64,000 nt of DNA from positions 10,839 through 74,838 of IMG/VR virus record IMGVR_UViG_3300015214_000004; one strand, 5' to 3'. Source of the stretch: a virus. Its lineage: Duplodnaviria > Caudoviricetes. The notes beneath the pieces are model-generated. The model searched no databases and was not told the origin of the DNA. It was given only the letters and a program-made list of their open reading frames with translations. The position numbers and the translations under genes were made by a program. How positions within the stretch are numbered: the stretch's first letter is position 1; the number at the start of each line of letters is the position of its first letter. Shown piece by piece: positions 35,656 to 48,000 of this stretch.

Positions 35656-36279
35656 ATGCATATAGGGGACATAACAAAGACCGTTGCAACAATAGCTGAA
35701 TCTTATGGTAAATTTATACTGTGGAATGTAGATCAATTGAACCATGTTTATAAGTTGGTGAATTATGATGTTTTAAAACTGCTTATAAGGAAAGCAGAAA
35801 TAGACAAAATAGTATCAGCATCTTTATTGCCTTTTCAGTCTGACCCTGTAACTATAAATTTAACATCCGGTACTGGTACGCTTCCTTCGGATTTTTATCA
35901 AAAAGCTAAAGTAACTGCAAATGGAAGGTCTGTGGACATACTTACCCAGATGGAGGACGAAGAAAGGGAAACAAGTCCTGTAAGAATGGCATCAACAAGG
36001 TATCCGACAGCAATAATATATGATGGACAAATTAGGGTAAAGCCTACAACTATTGCAAACATATCAATGGTATATTGGAAACGTCCGACAGACCCGGTAT
36101 ATGCCGTTACAGAGACAAACGGTATATTAGCATATAGCCCGTCAAGCGTACAATTTGATTATAATGAAGAAAATTATTCTGACATAATAAGGTTTACATT
36201 AGAATATATGGGCATTGTTGTCAAGAATGAAGAAATAATCCCTTTTGTACAAAGTAAAAAAATAGAACAACCTGTATGA
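35656..36279 (+). CDS. Tail ring/tubular protein paralog 1
   Basis: G.LPSDF and Y.K.P..P motifs shared with the next two genes. Confidence 0.6.
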   Translation: MHIGDITKTVATIAESYGKFILWNVDQLNHVYKLVNYDVLKLLIRKAEIDKIVSASLLPFQSDPVTINLTSGTGTLPSDFYQKAKVTANGRSVDILTQMEDEERETSPVRMASTRYPTAIIYDGQIRVKPTTIANISMVYWKRPTDPVYAVTETNGILAYSPSSVQFDYNEENYSDIIRFTLEYMGIVVKNEEIIPFVQSKKIEQPV

Positions 36280-36935
36280 ACGTCAGTCAAGCATATTATA
36301 TAGTAAATACGCTCAGAAAGGATAAATTTAATGTCCCTGAGATCATAAAAGAAGAATTTAATGACCTTCTTTTGTTTTCTAATGATTCATATTTTACAAG
36401 ATTATTTGCACAAAAAAAAGCAGAAGCCGAAAAGATGTCAATTACATTTGAAGAATATCTGTCAAAAGATGAAGATTTCAGGCCATTAAAAAAGACCGAG
36501 ACAATAGCGCTTACAACTGGGGTTGGAAACCTCCCTTCCGATTACCATAAATACATCTATGTAAGAAACGCATCAATAGGGGCAACTGTGGTACAAAGCC
36601 ATGTAGATATTGTAAGCGACAAAGAACTTATAGAGGGGGCGTATAATGTTTTTGGTTTAATGGAATATCATCCAAAAATCGTAATTGATGGTGCTTCTAT
36701 AAAAGTATTACCAAGTAATATAACAAGTATTGGACTTACATATATTAAAAACCCGGCTACACCGGTATACGGTGAAGCATACAATGCGACATCTGGGCTT
36801 AACGAATATGCTGCCGGAAGTTCTACGCAATGGGAATGGGGGGAAAGGAACCATGTAAACATATTGCTTGAAATATTTAATTTAATGAATTTGTCTGTAT
36901 CGTTGGACGATGTTAAAAAATACGTAGAGAAATGA
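36276..36935 (+). CDS. Tail ring/tubular protein paralog 2
   Basis: GVGNLPSDY, YIKNPATP. Confidence 0.6.
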   Translation: MNVSQAYYIVNTLRKDKFNVPEIIKEEFNDLLLFSNDSYFTRLFAQKKAEAEKMSITFEEYLSKDEDFRPLKKTETIALTTGVGNLPSDYHKYIYVRNASIGATVVQSHVDIVSDKELIEGAYNVFGLMEYHPKIVIDGASIKVLPSNITSIGLTYIKNPATPVYGEAYNATSGLNEYAAGSSTQWEWGERNHVNILLEIFNLMNLSVSLDDVKKYVEK

Positions 36936-37672
36936 CATTAGCGCAAATATATAAACTTATAAACCTTGTCTCATTAAAAGAGAACAATGGCAACCTGTTT
37001 AAGATATATGACATGAACAATGCCATTATAGGTATTGATAGTGAATTTCTCTTAGATAATATTAAAGAATATGAAAAATACCAAGACAACCCTAAAGTAA
37101 AACAATCTGTACTTGCCGGGAAGTCAATAAACGAATTAATAACACCAAGTGACATTATTATGACATTAGGGGCAGGTACATTGCCTTCAAATTACGGTTA
37201 TTTTAAATCAGCAACCGGTATATACAATGGTTCGTTAAGGGAAGTGGAATTGGTAACAGAAGAAGAAAAATCACACAGGCTAACAAACAGGTTCTCAAAA
37301 TTAGTTGAAAGATACCCTATTTGTACTATCCGGGGCACATCAATAAACGTATGGCCTAAAACAATTACACCTTTAAGCATACTGTATTACAGAAAACCGA
37401 CAACGCCATATTTAGATTATTACATAAATTCAAATGACAGGGAAACTGTATTGGCAGTTGGGACAAGCCATTTGTTGACCACAAACGAAGAAGGGTCTGA
37501 AGGACAGACGGCGGGGACAACCGTAAATTCACTTACAGTAGAGTTAAGTTACCATGAAGACCTTCATATGAAATATGTGTATAAAATATTATCTATGTTA
37601 GGAGTAAGGATAAATTATCCACAATTGGTACAGTATTCAGAAGCAATGCAACAAAAATCTAAAGAAGAATGA
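36932..37672 (+). CDS. Tail ring/tubular protein paralog 3
   Basis: GAGTLPSNY, YYRKPTTP. Confidence 0.6.
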   Translation: MTLAQIYKLINLVSLKENNGNLFKIYDMNNAIIGIDSEFLLDNIKEYEKYQDNPKVKQSVLAGKSINELITPSDIIMTLGAGTLPSNYGYFKSATGIYNGSLREVELVTEEEKSHRLTNRFSKLVERYPICTIRGTSINVWPKTITPLSILYYRKPTTPYLDYYINSNDRETVLAVGTSHLLTTNEEGSEGQTAGTTVNSLTVELSYHEDLHMKYVYKILSMLGVRINYPQLVQYSEAMQQKSKEE

Positions 37673-38292
37673 CAATAGAGCAGACTGTTGACATATTGAG
37701 TTCAAGATTAAAAGAAATTGATGAAACATCGCAATTTCATCCTGAGACAATTAGGATTGCAATGTCGTTTATATGGGGACAACAAATATCTGATATAATT
37801 GCAAAAGGAGATATTAACAATCTTGATTATTATGCAAAAGAACATACTAATCAAATAGCCTCACTTGATAATATTACAGGGGAATACTACATAGAACTTC
37901 CCGTTTCAATTGTACCTACCATAAATGACAAAGACATTCAAAAAGCAGTACGAAATTTAAATTTTGTTGGGGGTAGAGGCCTTAATTTTATACCTGTGTC
38001 ATCAAAACAGTATTCATTATATTCTGGCCAAGACGTTTTAAGTATTATTTCTAATAAGATGTTTTATGTAGTAAGGCATGACAAAATTATATTTGTAGGA
38101 GGCGTTTCAACTGCAAATGCCGCAATATTGACAAGTACAGGTATTAGATACGATCTTGTACAGTCATTGGACAATTACGGTTATACCGAAAACTTCATGG
38201 CGCCAGGTGGAAAATTTGAGGATTTTCTTTTAAAGACTATTAATTATCTTATGGGGACACCGCCGAAAGATTTATTAAACAATAATGCATAA
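37669..38292 (+). CDS. Putative tail ring protein 4
   Basis: Similar size, YIELP motif, position in the ring cluster. Confidence 0.5.
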   Translation: MTIEQTVDILSSRLKEIDETSQFHPETIRIAMSFIWGQQISDIIAKGDINNLDYYAKEHTNQIASLDNITGEYYIELPVSIVPTINDKDIQKAVRNLNFVGGRGLNFIPVSSKQYSLYSGQDVLSIISNKMFYVVRHDKIIFVGGVSTANAAILTSTGIRYDLVQSLDNYGYTENFMAPGGKFEDFLLKTINYLMGTPPKDLLNNNA

Positions 38293-39014
38293 TGGCACAC
38301 ATAACAGCATATAAAACATTAGATGATATTATTAAAACTGCATTGGACAGGGCAGAGGAAGACATATCAAAATATATAAAATATTATGATTTAGCCGTAG
38401 AATGCTATACAAATTTACGGCTGAACCATATAAAAGAAGGTGATGTAGTAGAAAAGTTAAGTGTTAATTCCAATTTAAAAACAGTTGATTTCCCTGACGA
38501 TATGGTTGACTATATTGCCATTGGTATACCAATAAACGGAGAATTGTGGACATTTACAAAAAAACATGGGCTTATAAAAACCACATCATATGCCAATGGC
38601 CAGTATTACTATGATACAGATATTGGAGAAGGGGAAGATATCTTGCAAGACAATGATGATGGGTATAGCGCAAGGGGTGGCGTAAATACAGAGGGGTATT
38701 TTGATGTTGATTTCAAAGAAAAAAGATTTGTGCTAAAAAACACTACCGCAACGACAGTTTGGTTGGCGTATATTACCAGGGGTATTGACCTTAGCCAGAC
38801 GGAACAATATATCAATATAAAATATGAAAAATGTATTATATCATATATAATATGGCAATCAGAAGTATATGTTAAAGGAGTGGCCGCAAACCGGTTATTG
38901 CATTTGGAACGTCAATATGAGCAACAATTAAAAGATTTAAGAAATTCTGAGATCAATTTAGGTGCAATATTAGATTTGTTTTATGAATTATATCATTTAC
39001 AGCGTAGGTTATGA
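38292..39014 (+). CDS. Putative tail ring protein 5
   Basis: VDFPDDMVDY motif; directly before the muzzle gene. Confidence 0.5.
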   Translation: MAHITAYKTLDDIIKTALDRAEEDISKYIKYYDLAVECYTNLRLNHIKEGDVVEKLSVNSNLKTVDFPDDMVDYIAIGIPINGELWTFTKKHGLIKTTSYANGQYYYDTDIGEGEDILQDNDDGYSARGGVNTEGYFDVDFKEKRFVLKNTTATTVWLAYITRGIDLSQTEQYINIKYEKCIISYIIWQSEVYVKGVAANRLLHLERQYEQQLKDLRNSEINLGAILDLFYELYHLQRRL

Positions 39015-42000
39015 GGCAAATAGTCGATAAAATACAGTTTGTACAAGGACGGTTAAACAGTGATGTTGATGTAGAACTTATGCCAAAAGGGGACAGTCCG
39101 GTAGACCCGTCACAGCAAAATTCAGGTAGGCTTAACCTTGCACATTTAGATGGCAATTTAGGGGTGTTGTCAACATTAAAAGGATCAACACAGATCAGCA
39201 TATCTGGAATATTTTACGTTTCAATTATGGGGAGCAAATATTACGAAGAAGATAATTCACTTATAGTATTTTTAAACGATTTTAGCCGTGGTGTAATTGT
39301 GAAAATATCTAATTCGGGAGTGGTCAGTGTAATATATAATGCTACATCCGTTGGTGGCCAATCATTAAATTTTACAACAGATGTTATAAAAAACATTATA
39401 ATAATAGGAAGTGGGGATGATGCTCAGTTAATATGGATAAGCAAAGTAAACCCTCCGAGATGTATAAATATAGCACAAATAATAGCAAACCCTACGACAA
39501 CACCAATAGACCTTGCTTTAGATTCACCGGTAACATTGCCGGGTGTAACAATAGGAAGTGATACGCTTATAGGGACAAATAACCTTTATAACAAAGGATA
39601 TCAATTTTCTATTAAGTATGTTTATTTTGACGGGAAAGAAAGTTCTTGGTCTGATTGGACAGAACCGGTGTACCCTGCATTTGTATATGAAGGGTATAAT
39701 GGAGTAGCCAATAATAACCTTACAGCATACAACAAACTTATCATAACACATACAGGCATACCGATAGGCGTTGTCTCTGTAAAAATAGCATATAGGTATG
39801 TGGATATAGGAAACGGCGTAGCGGGTGCGTGGTATTTGTATGATACTGTTGATGTGGTTGGATCATCTATTACTTATGATTTTTATGACAATAAAATAAA
39901 AACACCGGTAGATGTAGACGATATATTTACACAATACTATGATGTGCCTTTGTATGGTTCTGATATACAGATTTTAAAAGATAATAAATTAGCCATATCA
40001 GATCCGGTATTGGGATATGACAATGTTGATATTAACATATCGCTTGTTACGCTATACAAAGAAATATCGCAACAAGTAATATATAGTAATTCATATTATA
40101 TATATGACGGGACATCACAAAATGTCAGCATATCATTAACAGCAAACACATCGGTAATTTTTATATTTTATTTAGATGAGGGCGCTACTGCAAATAGTTT
40201 TCATGTAGTAATAAATGTAGGGGACATAAATAATGATTATTCATATCAATTAGCTAAAGCGGTAAATGAATCTGCGTTAAACGTTGGTGTAACAGCCACA
40301 AGGATGTCCAAAAATGTTGTCAGGTTTACAACAAGTGCGATATACGACACAACAGTAAGACAACTTGTTATAAGAAATTCATCATTAAGAAATAAGTCAC
40401 AAAAAACCGGGGCTATTCATTATTTTGCATTGGCATACACATATGATAATAAAAACAGAAAAGGAAGGGCAAATATATCATCAAGTTCATACATATCTAT
40501 ACCATACTGGCCTGATCTTAATTTACCATTAACATATGATGGCTATCATATAGCTGTTGGTTATGAAATAATAAATACTGCCCCAACGGGCGCTACCGCA
40601 TGGGAATTATTATACGGAGGTTCAAATATAGCCGCATATTATTCATTGCCTGTGGTGTGTAATTCAGTTGATTCAGGAGATATAGCGGATATTACATATG
40701 ATGGTGGGTTTATTTATATAGATGTAAATGCTGCTGACAACAGGATATTAGCTGAAAATACAAAATATAGCACACTAATTACATTTGATGCAAGAAAAGG
40801 GGACCGGGTAAGGTTTAAGGCTAAAGGGTATAGGGAAATAGGAAGTTTAATAGATGACATGGATTTGTTTACAAACAATATAGACCTTGAAATAATAGAT
40901 GTTGATGAAAATGGTGTGATCAAAATAGAATCAAATGTTGTAGATGAAATATCAAATGAATTAAATGATATTATTGGAGACGGTAGTTACGATGTAATAA
41001 CAATAGAAGTTTACAGAATAGATAAAGAAATATCGGCGGATAACCTTGAATATGTTTCAATAGGGCATAAAGGTATTGTGTCGGGAGGATATCATTATCA
41101 TGATTCAGAAAGCGGTACATGGTACAGAAATTCAGACCAAACAGTGTTTACTCCAAGAAACCAAACAGCATCGTTGTCATGTAGGGGAATAGTTATATGT
41201 GACAATTTTCATTTGTTTGGAAACATGTATCCTATGTACCAAAGTGGTGACATAAAAACAATGTCTCTTGTTCGGTCAGGCATAGAAACCAACAAAGCAT
41301 CGTTATCATATAATTCAAGATATCAGGGAGGTAAAGTAAACTATGTCGATTCACAGGCAAAACAAAGGACAATAAGAGGGGTAAAGTTTGGGGGGGCATA
41401 TAGCGAAGATGGATTAATATATAATGAACTAAACAAATTTATGCCTGACACTGATTTGGTTGACCTGACAGATAGTTATGGAGATGTGTGCGGATTGGAA
41501 CTTGTAGGGTTTACATTAAAGGCATTTCAGCAATCAAAAGTTACATCAATAGGAAACAGGGTAAATGAGAATTTCAATGCAGATGGAACCAGTTACCAGG
41601 TAGCTATAAATGAGACATTGGGAGAGCCAAGACAAATGATAGATGACTATGGTACTGTGTTTTCAAAATCAATAGTCAAAAAAGACAGCTATGTTTATTT
41701 TTATGACATTCACAATTATTGCCCAGTAAGGAATGCCCCAAACGGGAACCAAGAGATAACATACGGAATGTCAAATTTCTGGAAGGCAAGGTCAAAAGCA
41801 TTGCTTGCTTCCGGGATAAGTAATTTAAAAGTACACGCTGTTTATGATTATATACTTGACATGTATGTCTTGACAGTAATAGACAACGCCAATTCATCAA
41901 ATAGTTTTACATTGGGGTTTTGTGAAGCGAACAGTAGATGGGGCAACACATTGCCTGGGTGGTATTCATTTTTTAGTTATCTTCCAGATGGTTATGCGAA

Positions 42001-42499
42001 TATGTCCAGGAACAGGATGTTCTTTTGGAAGAACAATATATTTCATGAAATGCATGTAAACAGTGTAAGAAATAATTTCTTGACAGAACAGTCATCGTCA
42101 TATATTACAATAGTATCAAACGAGGCATTGGGCATAATGAAGGTGTTTGAATCAATATGGATAAACAGTAATAGTTCATTATGGGAATCGCCAAATAACA
42201 CAGACATTATCATACATGAAGACGGAGGTACATACAGAGACCAAGATGGACGTACAAGACATAAAATAAAAATGCAATCAAGGTTAAAATCTACATTGTT
42301 TAAACCAATAGAAGGAATGTTTAAAGCAGGGTATTTGAAGAACCTTATTTCATCAAGTTCAACGCCAAAACAATCTGATTTGTACCGTGGTGATGTTTTA
42401 AGGGGCAGGTATTTAAAACAGACACTAAGGAATACAGCGACAACGGGAGTCCATTTAAGGGACGTGACTATAATTTCAAGTGCAAGCGAAGGAAATTAG
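39011..42499 (+). CDS. Tail muzzle/stabilisation protein (P22 gp10-like, crAss muzzle)
   Basis: 1162 aa beta-rich protein; LN.D.D..L.P.G N-terminus, GYQFSIKYVY.DG..S.WS; position after the rings. Confidence 0.65.
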   Translation: MRQIVDKIQFVQGRLNSDVDVELMPKGDSPVDPSQQNSGRLNLAHLDGNLGVLSTLKGSTQISISGIFYVSIMGSKYYEEDNSLIVFLNDFSRGVIVKISNSGVVSVIYNATSVGGQSLNFTTDVIKNIIIIGSGDDAQLIWISKVNPPRCINIAQIIANPTTTPIDLALDSPVTLPGVTIGSDTLIGTNNLYNKGYQFSIKYVYFDGKESSWSDWTEPVYPAFVYEGYNGVANNNLTAYNKLIITHTGIPIGVVSVKIAYRYVDIGNGVAGAWYLYDTVDVVGSSITYDFYDNKIKTPVDVDDIFTQYYDVPLYGSDIQILKDNKLAISDPVLGYDNVDINISLVTLYKEISQQVIYSNSYYIYDGTSQNVSISLTANTSVIFIFYLDEGATANSFHVVINVGDINNDYSYQLAKAVNESALNVGVTATRMSKNVVRFTTSAIYDTTVRQLVIRNSSLRNKSQKTGAIHYFALAYTYDNKNRKGRANISSSSYISIPYWPDLNLPLTYDGYHIAVGYEIINTAPTGATAWELLYGGSNIAAYYSLPVVCNSVDSGDIADITYDGGFIYIDVNAADNRILAENTKYSTLITFDARKGDRVRFKAKGYREIGSLIDDMDLFTNNIDLEIIDVDENGVIKIESNVVDEISNELNDIIGDGSYDVITIEVYRIDKEISADNLEYVSIGHKGIVSGGYHYHDSESGTWYRNSDQTVFTPRNQTASLSCRGIVICDNFHLFGNMYPMYQSGDIKTMSLVRSGIETNKASLSYNSRYQGGKVNYVDSQAKQRTIRGVKFGGAYSEDGLIYNELNKFMPDTDLVDLTDSYGDVCGLELVGFTLKAFQQSKVTSIGNRVNENFNADGTSYQVAINETLGEPRQMIDDYGTVFSKSIVKKDSYVYFYDIHNYCPVRNAPNGNQEITYGMSNFWKARSKALLASGISNLKVHAVYDYILDMYVLTVIDNANSSNSFTLGFCEANSRWGNTLPGWYSFFSYLPDGYANMSRNRMFFWKNNIFHEMHVNSVRNNFLTEQSSSYITIVSNEALGIMKVFESIWINSNSSLWESPNNTDIIIHEDGGTYRDQDGRTRHKIKMQSRLKSTLFKPIEGMFKAGYLKNLISSSSTPKQSDLYRGDVLRGRYLKQTLRNTATTGVHLRDVTIISSASEGN

Positions 42500-42522
42500 T
42501 AAATTTGTAAAAATTAAAAGAT

Positions 42523-43767
42523 ATGCCATTAGATCGTTCATTATTTGGAACAAGGGTAAGCAAAGGACATGTTTATGAAACATGGGAAGATTTATATAGC
42601 GCAATAGAACGAGGTGAAATAAATCCTCATACTGAATATTATGATATATATCAAAGAGGACTTATTAATAAAAAAACAAAAGAACAAGAAGCGAAAGCAA
42701 GGTATGACAAATACGAAGCAAGACAAAACCAAGAAAAAGAAATAGACAAAAGGGAAGCTAAACAAGATGCTGCTGATGCTGCAATAAATAAAATATTTGA
42801 AAACTTTCCTCAATTAGCAGACAACCAACCATTCATAGATGAACTTCAAAAAGGGCTTGAAAAACAAGGAAAAACATTAGCTGATGTTTACACTAACATA
42901 CAAAAGGAAGGCGGCACATATCTTGACCGTTTAGCAAAATCAGTAGGGTCGTCAAAACAAGAATTAAAAAGAAGCGAAACAACGGCACAGCAGGGTATAG
43001 ATAAAGGCCTTGACATATACCGTAACCTTGCAAAAAGAACAACTGTTCCCGGAGAACAAAATATACGTGACACTATTTCTGAAAGTAGCGCATCTGCAAT
43101 TTCCGATATAAAAAAATACGGAGGCGGTAGAGGGTTAAGTGCGCTTACAGAAGTATATAAAAATAAAATGGCGCAAGAAAGGGAGTTGGGCATTCAAAAT
43201 GCAAATTATCAGACACAAATGGATTTGCAGTTAGCGGGAGCAGAAACGTCTGCCGGGATGTCTATGGCAGATATAATAGCCCGGAATGCAATATCAAGCA
43301 CTAATTTGTCGTCAACATTATATGGTGCGCAAAGCGATTATTTAAATAAGTTGTCTACCGCAAAAACAAATATTGCACAACAAGAAGGCAATATGGCCAC
43401 AACAATGTATGGGGTAAACACAGAAAACCAAATGAACCAGTTTATGTATGGTAAAGATGGGATGGCAAAGACACAAGCCCAATTAGGATGGGAACAAACA
43501 AAATATCAAATAAATGACCCATTTTCAGCACGTATGCAGATGTTCGGTGAAGATATGGGGTTTGCGTATGCAGAAATGATGAGGGCTATACAGCAAAGAA
43601 ATGCAAATAACAAATTGCTTACAGATACTTTATTAGGTGGTTTAAAGCTAATAGACCCATCAAAAGTAAGTAGTTTTTTAAATTTTAATTCAAATCAATC
43701 AGGTAAAATAATACCTTATGATTATACATTACCGGGAAACAATAATCAAGATATATTACCAACATAA
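42523..43767 (+). CDS. Putative ejection/cargo protein
   Basis: Helical Ala/Gly/Gln-rich protein following the muzzle gene. Confidence 0.5.
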   Translation: MPLDRSLFGTRVSKGHVYETWEDLYSAIERGEINPHTEYYDIYQRGLINKKTKEQEAKARYDKYEARQNQEKEIDKREAKQDAADAAINKIFENFPQLADNQPFIDELQKGLEKQGKTLADVYTNIQKEGGTYLDRLAKSVGSSKQELKRSETTAQQGIDKGLDIYRNLAKRTTVPGEQNIRDTISESSASAISDIKKYGGGRGLSALTEVYKNKMAQERELGIQNANYQTQMDLQLAGAETSAGMSMADIIARNAISSTNLSSTLYGAQSDYLNKLSTAKTNIAQQEGNMATTMYGVNTENQMNQFMYGKDGMAKTQAQLGWEQTKYQINDPFSARMQMFGEDMGFAYAEMMRAIQQRNANNKLLTDTLLGGLKLIDPSKVSSFLNFNSNQSGKIIPYDYTLPGNNNQDILPT

Positions 43768-45038
43768 TGGCATATACACCTATACAACCGCTTCCAATAA
43801 CCGAAAACCCGTTGCTTAAAATAGCATCGGAGGGACTTTCATATATCCGCCAAGTCAATGAGATCAAGAGACAGGAAAACCAAAAAAGGCAGGAAGAAAT
43901 AATAAAGTTATTGCGTGATGTTGACTTTCCAACAGCAATGGAGATGGTCAATAAAAAAAAGCAGATGGAAATATTTAAAGCAGGTGAAAATGCTTTGATG
44001 TCTACGCTTGCAAAGTCTGCAAAAAACAATGGAATGATAAGTATGCAAGACCGGTTGGAGCAAGAAAGGATTGTAAGGACATTAGAACAGGAACTAACAT
44101 CTATTAAACAAGGAGAAGACAAGTTTAAAAAAAAGATGGAGGAAATTGCAAAATCTCCGGGGCAGTATACTTTGGAAAGCATGAATAAGTTTAATGACCT
44201 ATATTTAAAAGAAGGAGAATATAGGGAAGACATATTACAATATACCCCTGTCCCATTTTCTGTAGTTGAAAACGGGTTTTATACAATGTTTAAAGACGGA
44301 GTAAAGGATGTACAGACAGTTGAAAATGGAAAAGAAGTTACGAGGCAAATAATTGATATGCCAGATAGTGAAAAGCAGGCAAATTATGAAGCTATAAGAA
44401 ATAAGATGCCTGGTGTTGCAGAATATGAAATACAGACATTCCGTGCATTGAAAGAAAATGACCCTGCCATGTACAACAAGTACAAACAAGAAGGCATAGA
44501 CGAAAAGACAGCAGCAAATATGTGGGCAATGGATGAAGTGGCAACTAAATTAGGTACAGGAAGGGTAACGGATATTAGGCCGTATGAGCCGAAAAAAACT
44601 AACGATGAAAACGATAGACCATTATTAAAAATGACTGAAAGAGAAGATGGTTTTAAAGTATGGCATGGAGGAACACAAGCAAAACCATTTAACGGAACAA
44701 TAACAACTATTGATGGTAAAAAAGAGATTGTAAGCAATGGAAGGCTTACTGAAGTTTATCAAGGAAGCGATGGAAAATCATACGCTGTTATCATAAACAA
44801 TAAGAAAGGCGTTGCTGAACCAAAATTAACAGGTGATCCTGATACGGATAAAACTATACGTGCATTGACGGCTGCTTTTGGTGGCAAAGAAACAACTATA
44901 ACAGAAGAAATAATTATCCCATACGAAGGTAATCAGGAGCTTATAAAAGGAGCTTATAATTTAGAAAATGCTTATCTGCTTGATAAACAAACCTCATCTT
45001 CAACTAAATTTAAAGGTGTCCCAAAAGGAGGGTTTTAA
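43767..45038 (+). CDS. Putative ejection/cargo protein
   Basis: 423 aa charged helical protein in the cargo position. Confidence 0.45.
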   Translation: MAYTPIQPLPITENPLLKIASEGLSYIRQVNEIKRQENQKRQEEIIKLLRDVDFPTAMEMVNKKKQMEIFKAGENALMSTLAKSAKNNGMISMQDRLEQERIVRTLEQELTSIKQGEDKFKKKMEEIAKSPGQYTLESMNKFNDLYLKEGEYREDILQYTPVPFSVVENGFYTMFKDGVKDVQTVENGKEVTRQIIDMPDSEKQANYEAIRNKMPGVAEYEIQTFRALKENDPAMYNKYKQEGIDEKTAANMWAMDEVATKLGTGRVTDIRPYEPKKTNDENDRPLLKMTEREDGFKVWHGGTQAKPFNGTITTIDGKKEIVSNGRLTEVYQGSDGKSYAVIINNKKGVAEPKLTGDPDTDKTIRALTAAFGGKETTITEEIIIPYEGNQELIKGAYNLENAYLLDKQTSSSTKFKGVPKGGF

Positions 45039-45040
45039 TT

Positions 45041-48000
45041 ATGCCAAATAATCAAATATATAATTTTTTAAAAGAAAATGGTCTTACAGAAAAGAGTGAG
45101 ACTGATTTCATAAATGAATATTCTAACCCGAACAAAGCAAATGAACTATATTTGTTTTTTAAAGAAAATAATCTTACACAAAAAAATAGCGATGAGTTTT
45201 ATAATGAATATTTAAAAAAAAAAGAAGATGGTTTCCGTACTGTGGCAGAAAAAGGGGCAACGCAAAAAGAACTTGAAAAAAATATTGGTGCAGAATTTGA
45301 AAAACCTATTGAGATTCTTGAAGCAGAATCAAATATACTTACAGCTAAAAACAAAGATTTAAATTTTGTAAAACGGGCGACAGAACCAGACAAATACCCT
45401 TCATTACAAACGGAAGATGGGAAAGAGAAAACGCATAAACTTGAATGGGGCGATGATGGAGTTGGTAATTATTATGTATATCCCACGATAATACAAGATA
45501 AAAAAACAGGCGAATTAAAAGAACTTAATAGTAAAGATGCTTTTAATTATGCTATGGAAAGTGGTGAATATATAAAAACAGATTCTCCGCAAACAGCAGA
45601 ATATTATAAAAACAATGGGTTGTTAAATAGAGAACAATTGCCCGAACAGTCAGATACGTCAGAAGGGTTTAGAACAATACATGAAAAAATAAACGCACCA
45701 AATGTAAATGATAAAATTGAGGCAACAGATATCCCAGAATATATTACGACTATAAAAAATAAGTATAAAGAATATGAAAGTGGCGAATTTCAGAAAAAGG
45801 CAGAAAAAGGTGAAATAGATAAACCGCCCAAAATAGAAGGTGATATTAAGATAATGGATGACAAACAAATCCCATTATCAGCAGAGGTATTTGATTATGA
45901 AGATAAGTCAAAACAAAAACCAGGAAGTTCCCTTGAATATATTTTAGAAAAAGGATATAACCAATCTATGATAGGATTGGCAGATGCCATACACAACAAA
46001 AATTACCGTATAAACCCTGAATATCTTGAAAAATATGATGCGAATACATTAGAGAACACATTAGCAACAGCGTTTGGATTTATACTTGATGCTCCGTTTT
46101 TTTGGATGGGGGGCAAAGCAGGGTCAACGGCTGCTAAGCCCATTGTGAATAAAATAGTAAATAACGGCACGCAAAAACTTGTCAATTCAGGTATTGAACG
46201 AAAAGTGGCTGAACAGATAGCAAAAAAATCAATGGCAAAATTAACAGGGGCTATAAATAGCATGGCTTCATCTGGTGTTGCATTAGGTTCTTATGGCTTT
46301 ACTATGGGCGCAATGGAACAATGGGCTGACCCTGAAAATGATTTTAAAGATATAGAATGGTCACAAGCATTGGCAAGAGGGGGTAAAGATTTTTTATTAG
46401 GCACATCGGTAGGATTGATTGGTTCACAATTTGCAAATTTGGGTAAAGCTGCACAAAGAATAGAATCTCCAATAACAAGGAAAACAATTCAGACAGCATT
46501 AGTTCCTACTGCAATTACAGCAGAAAATACAGTATTTATTTATGGGGGGGCTTTATTGGATGGCCGTAAATTAAGCGATGTTACTGCAAAAGAGTTTTTA
46601 GAAGGCGAATTATTATTGGGAGTATTGAAAGCTAAAGAACCTATAAAATTTGCCAAAGATTTTAAACGTTCATTAAAATACGAAAATGAAAAAGCAGGGA
46701 AGGGCATTTATGAAATAGATTTAACGCAATCTGAATTGAATGATCTGAAATATAAAAACTATGATGAAGCGATAACAGACCTTTCAAAAAATGATGCAAA
46801 ACTTACAGAGGTTTTTAAGGATAAAGATATTCCTGCTATAACAAAGGCAAAATTATTATGGGGATCAAGAGGTATTAAATGGGAAAAGAATTTTTATGCA
46901 GATTATACATATGCGGAAGGGAATGAAGTAAAAACATTTAATAAAGAAGGGGTTTTGTTAGATAAAGAAGCATTTACATCAAAAGAAGAAGCAAACAGCA
47001 TTGCTATGGAAAGGCAGTCAATGATTGAAAATTCAAAGAAATTGCAGCAAGCAGCGTCATTGACAGAAAGTGACAAGGCTAAAGTGATAAACAATATAAG
47101 CGTTGAAGCAGAACCTTTGAACGATGCTTTAAGGAAAAGCCCGCAACAAAGGACTGCCGAAGAAAGAAAAATGGTAAGCGATTTTAATAAAGAAGTTGAT
47201 AAGATAATTGTAGATGCACAGAAAAAAGGGTTGTACGAACCGATTCCAGAGTTAAGATTAAGCGATGAAACATTATACACATTAAATAAAATAGAAGACA
47301 AAGAACCTGTAATTAACCAAAGAATTAAAGATGCGGCAAATGAATTGTTCAGGGAATATCAAAGGATTGGTAAATTAAAAGAAATACCTGGTAGAAAAAA
47401 TACAATTGAACAATTAAATGAAAGCCGTGCGTTTCTTGAAAAAGAAATTACCCGATTAGACAATATGGTGAAAGAACAAGAGAACACAAGAAAGTTTGTT
47501 AAAGATGATATGAATGAAACTTTTAATAAACAAGAAAAACCAAAAGAAATAAAGAAAGATGAGATTAAGTTCGAAGAAAAGACAGAAGTTAAAGGAGTTG
47601 AAAAGCCTGTTGATATAATTAGAAAGCCAGATGCAAAAACAGAAACATTAAAAGAAGAATTAGTCCAATTTGGTGATGAAATGCCAGCTAAAAAATCAAT
47701 GGTCAATTTCTTAAAATCTGATCCTGAGAATACATTTACAACACCAATTGTGAAAAACGGTGAAAAAATAGGTGACATTACCATTGATAAAAAAGACAAG
47801 ACATGGGACGTAAAGTGGATAGAAATAGACCCTGATAAACGTGATCATGGCAACGGGAAAGATACATACAGGAAAATGAACGAACTTGCCCAAAAAGAAG
47901 GAAAGGTGCTTCAATCAGACACGAAACCAAAGTTAAATACAGAGACGGCAGGATATGTATGGGAATCATTGGTCAAGTCAAAAGAAGCAATAAAGACAGA

